Source: a virus (lineage: Duplodnaviria > Caudoviricetes). Taken from it: a stretch of 64,000 nt of DNA. Below the pieces are notes generated by a model. The model was not told the DNA's origin and ran no database searches. It was given only the letters and a program-made list of their open reading frames with translations. Positions 8,490 to 18,144 of this stretch are shown here, in pieces (the first letter of the stretch is position 1; every line of letters starts with the position of its first letter). The stretch is taken from the IMG/VR virus record IMGVR_UViG_3300032050_000002; one strand, written 5' to 3'. A program made the position numbers and the translations under genes.

Positions 8490-8738
8490 ATGAAAAAAAT
8501 AAGATTAACGGAAGAAGAACTAACAAGAATTGTTAAAAGAACTCTAATTGAAATGGAGGACGGTTCACAAGATTTTAATGAAGTTATTAAATGTATTAAT
8601 GATTATTTTAAATTTAAAGCAAGAGACCTTTCTAAAGAAAAAATACTTGAGAGAATTAATAGTTTAAAGTTTGAACTTAGATTATTAGAAAATGAATATG
8701 GGATTAAAAAATCCACATCAAGAAGACCATTCAAATAA
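8490..8738 (+). CDS. Hypothetical protein (KKIRLTEEEL motif)
   Basis: 82-aa ORF. Confidence 0.7.
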   Translation: MKKIRLTEEELTRIVKRTLIEMEDGSQDFNEVIKCINDYFKFKARDLSKEKILERINSLKFELRLLENEYGIKKSTSRRPFK

Positions 8739-8742
8739 TTAT

Positions 8743-8768
8743 ACCCCCAACTATACAGGGGGTTTTTT
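8743..8768 (+). terminator. Intrinsic terminator
   Basis: ACCCCC...GGGGGT plus T tract. Confidence 0.65.
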
Positions 8769-8817
8769 ATTTAAAATAAATTTATTAATTTTGTAATGTA
8801 TGATAAAAAAGGAAACT

Positions 8818-8946
8818 ATGAATCAAACAACAGAAAACAATAAAACAAAAGAAGAAAAAATTGAAATAACAAATACTGAAGATAAGACTTTATTAGAGAA
8901 ACTTCAGTTACGACTTGAGAAAATTAAAAAAATTATAAAACCATAG
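8818..8946 (+). CDS. 42-aa hypothetical micro-ORF, not in the track
   Basis: MNQTTENNKTKEEKIEITNTEDKTLLEKLQLRLEKIKKIIKP; TAATTTTG upstream. Confidence 0.4.
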   Translation: MNQTTENNKTKEEKIEITNTEDKTLLEKLQLRLEKIKKIIKP

Positions 8947-8974
8947 GTTTCATAATTGAAGATATTTATATTTA

Positions 8975-9313
8975 ATGAAATTTATTATTAAAGAATCTCA
9001 GCAAAATTTTATCTGGTTATTAAGAAGACTTAATGAGGAAGATATTAAAGAACACTTACGAGAAATTATTGTTGAGGGGTTTGATTATGACAAACCTTGT
9101 GATTATACTTACGATAACGGATTTAATGATTGGGTCACCTCAATTATCGAAGGTTCGGTAGATACTTTCATATATTCTTATGATGATAAATTTAAATCTA
9201 ACGAAGGGGTGGAAGAACTTAGAAAGTTTTTAATAGACTACGTTAGAAGGGGATATGGTAGAAGTTTAAAAAAATACTACACAGAAGAAATTGAGGATAA
9301 TGAATGTGGTTAA
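8975..9313 (+). CDS. Hypothetical protein (MKFIIKES motif)
   Basis: 112-aa ORF after TATTTATA. Confidence 0.7.
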   Translation: MKFIIKESQQNFIWLLRRLNEEDIKEHLREIIVEGFDYDKPCDYTYDNGFNDWVTSIIEGSVDTFIYSYDDKFKSNEGVEELRKFLIDYVRRGYGRSLKKYYTEEIEDNECG

Positions 9314-9331
9314 CCTAATATTTATATTGAT

Positions 9332-10093
9332 ATGAAAAAAGTTTTAAAATTAAGTGAGAATGAACTTATTAACGTATTGAAGAATATAGTTACTGAGGCA
9401 AGATATTCTCCAACCGCAAATATATTAAGAGGTAACATTAGAAAATCAATTAAAACAATTGCTATTCTAACGGCAGAAAATCCAAAAGGTGTTGAGGCTA
9501 GTAAGGAATATAATGAAGTAGCAAATGAAAAATTAAAAGATGTTTTAAGAGCAGGTAGATTTGGTTATAGACCTGTTGACGGTTCTTACGGTACTAAAGA
9601 AAATTCTTTTATCATTAATAACATATCTTTGGATGATGCTATTAATATTGGCAAGAAATTCAAACAGGACACAATTGTATTTGGTGAGGTTGTTGGTGGT
9701 GATGACGAAAAATCATTTATGACTTTTAAGATGGTTGGTACCGACCCCGATAAACCAAAAGAATATCGTAAAATAGTTGCGGTAAGTGATGTGTTTATTA
9801 ATAGAAAAGATGCCGAAGATTTCTATTCTGAAATTGGTGGAAGAAAATTTGTATTACCTTTCTATGGAACAATAGATAAATTTGTTGGAGAAGATGACAA
9901 AGTTTATAAAATAGAAAAAGATTATTCAAGAACAAAGTGGGAAGGTGGTAAAGCCGAACCTACGGATATTAAAATAAGTCCTGATGAAGACGAATTAAAT
10001 GAACTACAGGAAAGGGCAATTCGTACTTGTTGTTCTACCTCATACAATTTAAGAGGAAGAATTGATAAGATAATTAAAGAATCTTATAAATAA
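9332..10093 (+). CDS. Hypothetical protein with LTAENP motif (DUF3293-like) and LSENEL N-terminal motif
   Basis: AILTAENP...GSYG..ENSF...FKQDTI pattern. Confidence 0.55.
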   Translation: MKKVLKLSENELINVLKNIVTEARYSPTANILRGNIRKSIKTIAILTAENPKGVEASKEYNEVANEKLKDVLRAGRFGYRPVDGSYGTKENSFIINNISLDDAINIGKKFKQDTIVFGEVVGGDDEKSFMTFKMVGTDPDKPKEYRKIVAVSDVFINRKDAEDFYSEIGGRKFVLPFYGTIDKFVGEDDKVYKIEKDYSRTKWEGGKAEPTDIKISPDEDELNELQERAIRTCCSTSYNLRGRIDKIIKESYK

Positions 10094-10107
10094 CAGTATT
10101 TATTTAA

Positions 10108-10851
10108 ATGAGGTTATTAAATGAAATAGAAAGGATTAAAAATATCATGGGGATTATCTCCGAGCAAGAAATCCGGTCACAAACAAATACAGAATTAAAT
10201 AATCCTAAAAATGAAGAAGAGTTTATCAATTTAGTAAAATCTAAAGGGTTTCAGAAAATAGATAGTTCAAATTTTGAAAGTTCAGAAGCTAATAAATTTT
10301 GGACATCAAGCACTAAGGTAAATGTGAATGATTTTCAATGGTTATATATAAATTTTGATACAAAAGTTTACGTTTATAAATTTAAAAAATCACCTTCAAT
10401 TAAGTTTGGACAAAGAGCTTATTTTTCACCAAAAGAAAATAAAGATTATCCTGCTATAGGATATTTAATAGAATCATTCCCTATTCAAGATTGGCAAAAA
10501 CAAAAAATATCTGAATTAATAATTGATAAGGAAAAGTTGGACTTAGGATATGATTTGGATTCTGTTGTTAGAAGAATTGATAGTTCTAGACAAATTTGGG
10601 GACCTGGAGATATTACAAATGAAAACGGTCAATATTTTTATAAGGGAAAACCTCTTAATCAAGATTATGTTAAATCTTATATAACCGGCACTAAATTTAA
10701 TGTTAATGAAATACCTAATTTAATTAATAGTTTATCACCTGAAGATTTGAATAAACCGATAACGAGCCAAAATGGTGAAAAATTTGACACTATAAATGAT
10801 TATTTTAATCAGTTTAAAAAAGAAGCTCAGGATTTAAAATTTATTGCTTAA
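10108..10851 (+). CDS. Hypothetical protein (LLNEIERIKNIMGIISEQ motif)
   Basis: 247-aa ORF. Confidence 0.7.
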   Translation: MRLLNEIERIKNIMGIISEQEIRSQTNTELNNPKNEEEFINLVKSKGFQKIDSSNFESSEANKFWTSSTKVNVNDFQWLYINFDTKVYVYKFKKSPSIKFGQRAYFSPKENKDYPAIGYLIESFPIQDWQKQKISELIIDKEKLDLGYDLDSVVRRIDSSRQIWGPGDITNENGQYFYKGKPLNQDYVKSYITGTKFNVNEIPNLINSLSPEDLNKPITSQNGEKFDTINDYFNQFKKEAQDLKFIA

Positions 10852-11291
10852 TGACCAAAGAACAGAGATTAGAAAATGTTATTAAAAAAACCGCATTAAG
10901 TATTCTAAAAGAAAAAGAAGGTTTACCTGAAAATTTTAGTGATGTTGCGGTTAATGTTTATCCATCAAAATATGGTCTTGGGGCTAAGATATCGATTCTA
11001 ATGAAAGAACCTTTTACTGAAGAAGAATCTGATTTTTTTGATGTAGTAGTATATGAAATAAAACAAGTCATTAGTAAAGTTTTTAAAGATACCCTAACTT
11101 ATGGAGTCTCCTCCTCAATTTCAACTATGGATAACTACGAAAAAGTAGATAAACCATATTATGAAAAATTATGGGTCAGGTTCAAAAGTTCTAATTTATC
11201 TGAAAATAAAAAACCTAAAAATGTTTTAATTACAGAAAATCAATTAAAAACATTGATTAGACATTCCAAAAATGAAAACAGAAATAACTAA
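10851..11291 (+). CDS. Hypothetical protein with a C-terminal VLITENQL motif
   Basis: 146-aa ORF, TAATG coupling. Confidence 0.65.
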   Translation: MTKEQRLENVIKKTALSILKEKEGLPENFSDVAVNVYPSKYGLGAKISILMKEPFTEEESDFFDVVVYEIKQVISKVFKDTLTYGVSSSISTMDNYEKVDKPYYEKLWVRFKSSNLSENKKPKNVLITENQLKTLIRHSKNENRNN

Positions 11292-11586
11292 TAAACAATT
11301 AGAAGTTATAAAAACTAACATTCAAGAGGTTATTAATGGCTCATTGGATGCTATTAGGAAAGAATCTGAAGAATGGGGTTTGGGAGAAATGGATGAAATT
11401 AATGAACTGGAATCTATTGATAAAATCGTAATTGATAGAGTTGTTCCTTATGTTGGATTAACAGTTTATGTAAAACTATATATTAATAACGAACGTGATG
11501 AATTTGATAATATTTTATCAGAATTAAATTACAGGGTTCAAAAATGGTTACCTAACGTAATAATTTTTATAGATTCTATTATTTAG
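11272..11586 (+). CDS. Hypothetical protein
   Basis: 104-aa ORF. Confidence 0.65.
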   Translation: MKTEITNKQLEVIKTNIQEVINGSLDAIRKESEEWGLGEMDEINELESIDKIVIDRVVPYVGLTVYVKLYINNERDEFDNILSELNYRVQKWLPNVIIFIDSII

Positions 11587-11609
11587 AGATATTTATAAAA
11601 AAAAATAAT

Positions 11610-11999
11610 ATGAAGAAAGTTGTAAAAATAACCGAACAGGATTTGGTTAATATAGTTAGAAAAACAATCCAAGAACAAGAAGTGGAAGAAGGTCTGTTTG
11701 ACGGAGTTAAAGATGCTTACCAAGGACTTAAAGGAGTTTGGAGAGGGGAAGGATATGACTATTACAAATATACAAGTTCTATTAGAAATATTGCAAAAAA
11801 ATTAAAAAAACTTGATGAGCCAAATCATAAAACTATGATTGAATTAAACTCATTAAAAAGTAAGGTTGGTGCATCTAAAATGGACCCCACAAAAAAACAA
11901 AATTTAGTCGATACTATTGACAATGCAATACGATATTTTAACGCTTATGCAGGTCTTATTGATAGGATAGACCAAATCGCTAGCACTAAATTAGCCTAA
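11610..11999 (+). CDS. Hypothetical protein (KKVVKITEQDL motif)
   Basis: 129-aa ORF after TATTTATA. Confidence 0.75.
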   Translation: MKKVVKITEQDLVNIVRKTIQEQEVEEGLFDGVKDAYQGLKGVWRGEGYDYYKYTSSIRNIAKKLKKLDEPNHKTMIELNSLKSKVGASKMDPTKKQNLVDTIDNAIRYFNAYAGLIDRIDQIASTKLA

Positions 12000-12003
12000 T
12001 AAT

Positions 12004-12129
12004 ATGGATATAATATTCCTACAAAAAAGATTGGAGTATCTTGTTAAAAACGAGGAGTATGAAATTGCTACAAGAATAAAAAAATGGATTGATGAGCTAA
12101 AAACAAAATACGAGACACAATACAATTAA
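12004..12129 (+). CDS. 41-aa stand-alone UVR (UvrB/C)-like coiled-coil micro-ORF, not in the track
   Basis: LEYLVKNEEYEIATRIKKWIDEL fits L...(V/A)..ExYExAxxI(R/K)..I..L. Confidence 0.5.
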   Translation: MDIIFLQKRLEYLVKNEEYEIATRIKKWIDELKTKYETQYN

Positions 12130-12147
12130 TAGAGATATTTATATATT

Positions 12148-13347
12148 ATGTTAAACTTAATTAGAAGAATATTACAAGAGGAAGCTGAGATGAAGGAGAT
12201 GGGTATGAGAATTAATAAGCTCAAACAACTCCAACCATCAAACTATCTATTACAATCTTTAAAACAAAAACAATCTAGAAGTGTAATCTCTAAAAGAGAA
12301 AAGGCAAAATCTGATGCAGAACAAATAAACTCATTGATGCCGGAATTAACTCAGAGTCTAAAAAATTTAAGTTGGGATGAAATAAATATGGAATTATATC
12401 CTAATGGTCATTATTATCTTAAATTACCAAAACATATTTTAGATTTATATAAATTAATTACCAAACTTTATAAAAGAATACCATCAGAATACCAAAGATT
12501 AATTGATAATGTTGAAAGAGTAAAAAGAATTTATCTTGATTGGGATTTGACTTTATCAAATGAAGATGTTAATATGTATCTTGAGAAGAATAGAAACAGA
12601 ACACATTTCCCTGAAGGACTACCACAATCTTTATTAGGTTATAACTTAGGTTATAAAATGTATAGAAAATTGATTGATGATTTGTGGTTTATACAATCTC
12701 AAGAAAACGCGTCAAAAGAAGTCCAAGGAATATATAGACAATTATTACAACAAACAGATTTAAATTGTGTTGTAACAAAGAACACTATATTAATAATGAG
12801 AAGAGATTTAACAAAGGAAGATAAAATAAAAATATTATCAGAATACATATTCCAATGTTATGAGTTTAGCGATAGAGACTTCTTAAAAATTCAAAAAGAT
12901 ATTATTCTTGATGGTCCTTTATTAAGAGAACTTGGAGAAAGAAGAGTTCAGGCTTTAAATACGAAAATTGCGGAATACAGTCAAAACTATACTAGAAGAG
13001 CATTTGAGAATTCCCCTTTTGATGTTGACTATACTTATGATGAGAATGAACTTAAACAATATGGTTCTAAGAACCGTAAAGATGATAGTGAAGATGATAG
13101 TGAAGAGGATAATGATGGTGAATGTATACCTTGTAGTCATTGTGAAGGAGAGGGTCAGACTGAATGTGAGTATTGTTTTGGTGAGGGTCAGTTTGAATGT
13201 GAGGATTGCGAAGGTAGTGGTAATGATGATGAAGGTAATCAATGTGGAGGTTGTGACGGTAGTGGGTATGTCGATTGCGAAGATTGTGATGGACGTGGTT
13301 ATGATGATTGTAGATACTGTGATTCTTCGGGATGTGCTAACAACTAA
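12148..13347 (+). CDS. Protein with six C-terminal DnaJ-type CxxCxGxG zinc-finger repeats and no J-domain
   Basis: CSHCEGEG, CEYCFGEG, CEDCEGSG, CGGCDGSG, CEDCDGRG, CRYCDSSG. Confidence 0.75.
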   Translation: MLNLIRRILQEEAEMKEMGMRINKLKQLQPSNYLLQSLKQKQSRSVISKREKAKSDAEQINSLMPELTQSLKNLSWDEINMELYPNGHYYLKLPKHILDLYKLITKLYKRIPSEYQRLIDNVERVKRIYLDWDLTLSNEDVNMYLEKNRNRTHFPEGLPQSLLGYNLGYKMYRKLIDDLWFIQSQENASKEVQGIYRQLLQQTDLNCVVTKNTILIMRRDLTKEDKIKILSEYIFQCYEFSDRDFLKIQKDIILDGPLLRELGERRVQALNTKIAEYSQNYTRRAFENSPFDVDYTYDENELKQYGSKNRKDDSEDDSEEDNDGECIPCSHCEGEGQTECEYCFGEGQFECEDCEGSGNDDEGNQCGGCDGSGYVDCEDCDGRGYDDCRYCDSSGCANN

Positions 13348-13355
13348 AAAAAAAT

Positions 13356-13386
13356 AAACCCCCTCTGATAAAAAAGAGGGGTTTTT
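13356..13386 (+). terminator. Intrinsic terminator
   Basis: AAACCCCCTC...GAGGGGTTTTT. Confidence 0.7.
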
Positions 13387-13403
13387 GATTTAAAAGAGAT
13401 TAT

Positions 13404-13784
13404 ATGTGGGCGGATTTTATAAAAACAATAACAGAATTATTTAATAGAATAGATAAAGACGATAAAGAACTTAGAGAAAAAATATCAATATTACTTTATG
13501 AAATGCGACTTTTATTACTTAGTGTTTCAGATAATTTAGAAAAAAATGAAGAGGTTAATATCTGTTCTCAAACTATGGAATCTTTAACTAATGAAATATA
13601 TGAAAGTTTAAAAAATTACATTAGAGTTGAGGATATGGATAAAACTTACAAAATACTAAAACATTGTTCTCATATTGATGTGGAATTTGATGAGTATGAC
13701 AATAATAAAAAATCTATATTCTTAAAAGAAGTTGCGGAAGAAATTAAATCGTTATCCTTTTCGGTGTGTTTTATTGACAACTAA
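13404..13784 (+). CDS. Hypothetical protein
   Basis: 126-aa ORF. Confidence 0.65.
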   Translation: MWADFIKTITELFNRIDKDDKELREKISILLYEMRLLLLSVSDNLEKNEEVNICSQTMESLTNEIYESLKNYIRVEDMDKTYKILKHCSHIDVEFDEYDNNKKSIFLKEVAEEIKSLSFSVCFIDN

Positions 13785-13808
13785 ATAAAAATAAATTATA
13801 ATTTATAT

Positions 13809-13997
13809 ATGAATAACGAACAAAAAGCGGCCGCCTACGGACAATTATTAAATGAACATACCAGAATTGGTAATCAAATTGCCGAAATTAAAGGACAAAA
13901 TCTTGAATTAAACCAACAACAACTTCAAAAAGTTAAACAACTTGAATCTTTACAAGTTAAGATAATGAGAGATATTAATAGGTTATTCACTTCTTAA
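13809..13997 (+). CDS. Small coiled-coil protein
   Basis: 62-aa ORF. Confidence 0.65.
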   Translation: MNNEQKAAAYGQLLNEHTRIGNQIAEIKGQNLELNQQQLQKVKQLESLQVKIMRDINRLFTS

Positions 13998-14026
13998 TTT
14001 ACAAACCTATTGGATATTTATTGTAA

Positions 14027-14488
14027 ATGCCGTCTAGAGATAATAATTTTACAAAAGAACAAATAAAGGGAATATCTTTAACTATTAAAGGTTTATCTAA
14101 AAAATATAAATTTGTTAAGAATTGGGAATTTTCACATGATTTTGAACAATATGCCTCAATACTTTATTTAAACATTTATATCGATGTAGATATTTTAAGC
14201 GAATTTGTTGGAATTGAGGTTGATGATTTTTATAGAGACAGGATTTTAAAACATCCTGACTATGCCGAATACCACAGACTATTCGGTCCTTTAAAATACG
14301 ATTATCAAAATAAAGAAATTGCTGAAAAATCATCTCAGATGAAAGAAGATATGATAACTTATATGAATGATACATATAGTATGTTCCCTGAAAATCTTAG
14401 AATTCAATATAACGTTTTTTCAGATACGATGGTCGATGTTAAGTTAGGTATAGATATATTTAAACCAATAGAACTTTTTAACCGATAG
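14027..14488 (+). CDS. Hypothetical protein
   Basis: 153-aa ORF after TATTTATT. Confidence 0.7.
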   Translation: MPSRDNNFTKEQIKGISLTIKGLSKKYKFVKNWEFSHDFEQYASILYLNIYIDVDILSEFVGIEVDDFYRDRILKHPDYAEYHRLFGPLKYDYQNKEIAEKSSQMKEDMITYMNDTYSMFPENLRIQYNVFSDTMVDVKLGIDIFKPIELFNR

Positions 14489-15257
14489 AACCAATTTCGG
14501 AATCAACAATATTATAATTCTGACCAAAAAATAAACTAGGGTCTTTGCTTAGACTACCAAAAAATACATCTCCCGAGATAATTTTACCAATATCAAAAAC
14601 ACCTCTCACATTGGTAAATTTAACATCAATAATAAATGATTGATTATTTAGTTCTACGTTATCAATTAAAATATCATTTAATTTATCTTCATAGTTTTTT
14701 TCATCCATAACCTCAATAGTTGAGAATAATGATTTATCCCAAGAAATGTAAAATTGTTCTTCCACCTCAACCGTATCATCTTTAATAAAATAACCATTAC
14801 CATCACACTCGGTACATTTATACGCTCCCCTGCCATCACAACTTGAGCATTTTAAATTACCACCACCTTGACACTCATCACAAGTTTCGCCCCAATTATC
14901 GCCATCGCCTCCACATTCATGACAACTTTCTTCTCCGTCACCCATACATTGGGAGCAGTCGGCATAACCTTCCCCAACACAATAATCACAAGTATCCGTT
15001 GGTTCAATATCATGAACATTAATAAGTGAAAAGGTAAATAAATTATAATATATTTTATCGTACAATGAGTTTAAATCTTCATTTAAGTTAGAGTAAGGAG
15101 TTAAAAAACAAAAAATTACAATATCTATTGCACTAAGGGCTTTAAAATACATAGGATAGTCTTTTTTTATTTTACCATAAATTAATTTAGGTGATTCTAA
15201 ATTAGAATGACTCCTATTAAATTTTTTACATATGGTAATTAACTTTGATTTTTCCAT
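14478..15257 (-). CDS. Protein with six internal DnaJ-type CxxCxGxG repeats and no J-domain
   Basis: CDYCVGEG, CSQCMGDG, CHECGGDG, CDECQGGG, CSSCDGRG, CTECDGNG. Confidence 0.75.
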   Translation of the reverse strand: MEKSKLITICKKFNRSHSNLESPKLIYGKIKKDYPMYFKALSAIDIVIFCFLTPYSNLNEDLNSLYDKIYYNLFTFSLINVHDIEPTDTCDYCVGEGYADCSQCMGDGEESCHECGGDGDNWGETCDECQGGGNLKCSSCDGRGAYKCTECDGNGYFIKDDTVEVEEQFYISWDKSLFSTIEVMDEKNYEDKLNDILIDNVELNNQSFIIDVKFTNVRGVFDIGKIISGDVFFGSLSKDPSLFFGQNYNIVDSEIGSIG

Positions 15258-15281
15258 TGAAATTATTTATATTATATAAAT

Positions 15282-15515
15282 ATGAAAAAGATATTTATTA
15301 TTCCTTTAATTTTATTATTTGGTTGTGAATATAAACAACCCAAACAAATAACAAAAAAATGTGTTATACAAAGTTTTAAAATAAAACAATCAATATCTAC
15401 AATAGAACCTGAACCCGTATATTTATATTATACCGATTGTGGTAACACTATAAAAACAAAAAGTAAGTATCATGTTGGTGATACAATAACTTATATAACT
15501 AATATAACTAGATAA
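15282..15515 (+). CDS. Small putative lipoprotein
   Basis: MKKIFIIPLILLFG-C signal with lipobox-like Cys. Confidence 0.55.
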   Translation: MKKIFIIPLILLFGCEYKQPKQITKKCVIQSFKIKQSISTIEPEPVYLYYTDCGNTIKTKSKYHVGDTITYITNITR

Positions 15516-15516
15516 T

Positions 15517-15831
15517 ATGGGAAGTTCATATAGAAAATTAAAAACTATTTTAGAATCAAATCTTTCACTTGAAAAAAGATATTTGTTAAGAGAGCAAGCT
15601 CCATCAACAGGTGCAACTACAGGTAATACAACCACAACAACAACCGCAGCCCCAACAACCACAACTACGACAACGGTAAAAAAAATTACAGATAAGGATA
15701 TTACTAATATGCCTAAGTGTTCAAGTTTTAAAGGTGCGTTTACAGGTGCGTCATCCGCTAAAACTGAAAATTTTATAATTTACTATAAAGACAATTTAAA
15801 ATGTAAAAAACCTATTGAATCTGAGGAATAA
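15517..15831 (+). CDS. Small protein with a Thr-rich linker (LLREQ motif)
   Basis: TTTTTTAAPTTTTTTT tract. Confidence 0.65.
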   Translation: MGSSYRKLKTILESNLSLEKRYLLREQAPSTGATTGNTTTTTTAAPTTTTTTTVKKITDKDITNMPKCSSFKGAFTGASSAKTENFIIYYKDNLKCKKPIESEE

Positions 15832-15849
15832 TTTTCTTAGATTTGATAT

Positions 15850-16464
15850 ATGAATAAATTAGATAAAGATTATCAAAACCTATTAAGGGATATTTTACAA
15901 AATGGAACCAAAAAGCAAGACAGAACTGGAACAGGAACACTCTCAGTATTTGGAAGACAATTTAGACATGATTTTCGGGACGGATTTCCTCTCCTCACCA
16001 CAAAACGAATGGCTTTTAAACAGATTGTTACAGAACTCATCTGGTTCCTCCGAGGAGACACAAACATCAAATTCTTAGTTAATAATAATTGTCACATTTG
16101 GGATGGTGATGCTTATAAGAATTGGTGTAGACAATTTGAAGTTGACCCAAATAATTTTGATACCGAAGAATTATCTAAAGGTCATAATGACCAATGTTGG
16201 GGTTACTCCATATTAGACCACGTTAAACCTACATCAAAAGAATATAAAAGAGGTCAAATAAATGCTTATTTAGAAGGTAAAGCAGATAAACCTTTCTTTT
16301 ATTTAACACAAGAAGAATTCATCAACAAAATCAAAACCGATAATGAGTTTGCTAATAAGTGGGGTGAATTAGGGCCTGTGTATGGGGCTGGTTGGCGTAA
16401 TTGGGGTGGTAAATCAGATGACAATCTTTACGAAGATTATTTGAAAAAAGTTAAAGAAAAGTAG
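15850..16464 (+). CDS. thyA: Thymidylate synthase, N-terminal fragment
   Basis: [34 protein letters not shown]; stops before the catalytic PPCH. Confidence 0.9.
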   Translation: MNKLDKDYQNLLRDILQNGTKKQDRTGTGTLSVFGRQFRHDFRDGFPLLTTKRMAFKQIVTELIWFLRGDTNIKFLVNNNCHIWDGDAYKNWCRQFEVDPNNFDTEELSKGHNDQCWGYSILDHVKPTSKEYKRGQINAYLEGKADKPFFYLTQEEFINKIKTDNEFANKWGELGPVYGAGWRNWGGKSDDNLYEDYLKKVKEK

Positions 16465-16503
16465 TATTTTTCCATTTATTACCATATTTATATATAGTAA
16501 ACA

Positions 16504-17205
16504 ATGGTAATTATGGACTACAAAAGAATACACGACAACCTTATTGAAAGAGGAAAAAATAGAAAATTAGATGGATATGTTGAAAGACATCACATTATAC
16601 CAAAATGTATGAACGGGACAAATGAACCAAATAATTTAGTGGAATTAACAGCAAGAGAACATTTTTTAGTACATTGGTTATTACACGAAATGTATCCAGA
16701 AAATAGTGATTTAAGGTATGCCTTTTGGTCAATGTGTCGTAATTCAGATAACCAACAAAGATATAAACCATCTTCAAGGGTATATGAATATGCTAAACAT
16801 AAAATGTTAGAAATATGGCAAAAGTTCAAACCATCAGATAAACAAATAAATTCTATTAAAGAAAGTTTAACTGGAACTAAATGGTATCATAAACCAGATG
16901 GAACTAATTTAAGAGCATTTCCAAATGACCCAAAAATTAGTGATGAAGGATGGTTACCTGGTAGGTTTGGTGGTAAATCAATTTCTGATAAGGCTAACAA
17001 AGTTAAAGAGAAGAAATACGAAGGAAAGAAATTACCTTCAACATCAAACAAAAGATGTTCAATAGATGGTGTTGAATTTGAATCGGCTAAAGCGGCTGCG
17101 GACTTTCTTAATATAAATGAATTTTCTATTAGATGGATATTACAGGGTGGAGGTCGGTCAGAGAAACATAAAGAAAAATACAAAAATTGGTTCTATATAA
17201 AATGA
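16504..17205 (+). mobile_element. HNH homing endonuclease resembling T4 MobE, inserted in thyA
   Basis: ERHHIIPKCMNG...NLVELTAREHFLVHWLL, close to the MobE N-terminus; C-terminal DNA-binding-like region (IDGVEFESAKAAA). Confidence 0.85.
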
Positions 17206-17615
17206 AAATAGAAATACCTTTATATGATATTAAAATTAAATTTTACTTTGACTATGATTTAGGTAAACCCATTAAAAAGATAAAGAAAAAACATAATAAG
17301 AAAAAACTTTATAATGTAAGAAGTAAAATTGATTTTTGTGGAATTGTTATTGGTGAGTTTATACCAAAGGATAAGTTAATTTATGTTTTAATAGAAAAAA
17401 CTAAAAAGGGTATTAATATAGATACATTAACTCACGAAATATATCATTTAACAACCAAAATAATGAAACACAATAACTTCAAGTTTAATAAAACAGATGA
17501 ACCTTTTGCGAGATTAAATGGGAAGTTAAATTCAATTATTATGTGTGAATTAATTAAACATGGTGAGAAGTTATATTACCCAATTGAAACTAAAAAGATA
17601 AAAATAAAATGGTAA
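17202..17615 (+). CDS. Hypothetical protein with HExxH (THEIYH), inside the thyA insertion
   Basis: ATG 17202 overlaps the HNH stop (ATGA). Confidence 0.6.
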   Translation: MKIEIPLYDIKIKFYFDYDLGKPIKKIKKKHNKKKLYNVRSKIDFCGIVIGEFIPKDKLIYVLIEKTKKGINIDTLTHEIYHLTTKIMKHNNFKFNKTDEPFARLNGKLNSIIMCELIKHGEKLYYPIETKKIKIKW

Positions 17616-17881
17616 AAATGATAAAACAAGAATGTTCATTATTACAGTTAGATATGACTGATGAACAAATAAATGAGTTAATAAAAATAAGTAAAGAAGA
17701 TTTAATTGAATCTAAAGGTAGTTTTGATGAAGATACTCTTTATAATTTATCATTATCTAATGTTAAATTACATTGGGTTAGATTTATTAGACAATACTCA
17801 AACAACCCACTTAATGAAATAATTGAGGTTGATAAGATTATCAATGAAGAAACATTAAAAGTTAAAACTTTATTAAAATAA
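17609..17881 (+). CDS. Hypothetical protein inside the thyA insertion
   Basis: 90-aa ORF. Confidence 0.6.
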   Translation: MVKMIKQECSLLQLDMTDEQINELIKISKEDLIESKGSFDEDTLYNLSLSNVKLHWVRFIRQYSNNPLNEIIEVDKIINEETLKVKTLLK

Positions 17882-17882
17882 T

Positions 17883-18032
17883 ATGTGTGATTTAATCTAC
17901 TTATTCAATTGCTGGTGGAAAACAGTAAGGAAAGGAAGACCTAATAAACGGTCATTTTTAATTTTTTCAAAAAGATTACAATTAGAAATAGAATGTTTGT
18001 TATGTACTGGTAGATTTACATCTGAGATTTAG
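17883..18032 (+). CDS. 49-aa micro-ORF inside the thyA insertion, not in the track
   Basis: MCDLIYLFNCWWKTVRKGRPNKRSFLIFSKRLQLEIECLLCTGRFTSEI. Confidence 0.4.
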   Translation: MCDLIYLFNCWWKTVRKGRPNKRSFLIFSKRLQLEIECLLCTGRFTSEI

Positions 18033-18144
18033 TGTGATGGATAAAAAATATTGTGTATAACGTTTCGTGGCTATATTTAGTGCCGAATTAAATAGTATAA
18101 AATTTAAATAATAGATAAAATGAGTAAAGAAAAACAAACCATCA

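Noticed and set aside
12955-13357. Overlapping ORFs 12955-13242(-) and 12968-13357(+)
   Set aside because: Shadow frames of the low-complexity GAT/TGT-rich zinc-finger coding region.
12148-15257. dnaJ call for the two zinc-finger proteins
   Set aside because: No J-domain or HPD motif in either protein.
15600-15680. ACA/ACC-rich repeat as a non-coding repeat
   Set aside because: Explained by a poly-Thr linker in ORF 15517-15831.
16465-18144. Group I intron or intein in thyA
   Set aside because: No recognisable P7 (R/S) consensus, the space is filled with ORFs, and there are no intein splice motifs; cannot be fully excluded without a covariance search.
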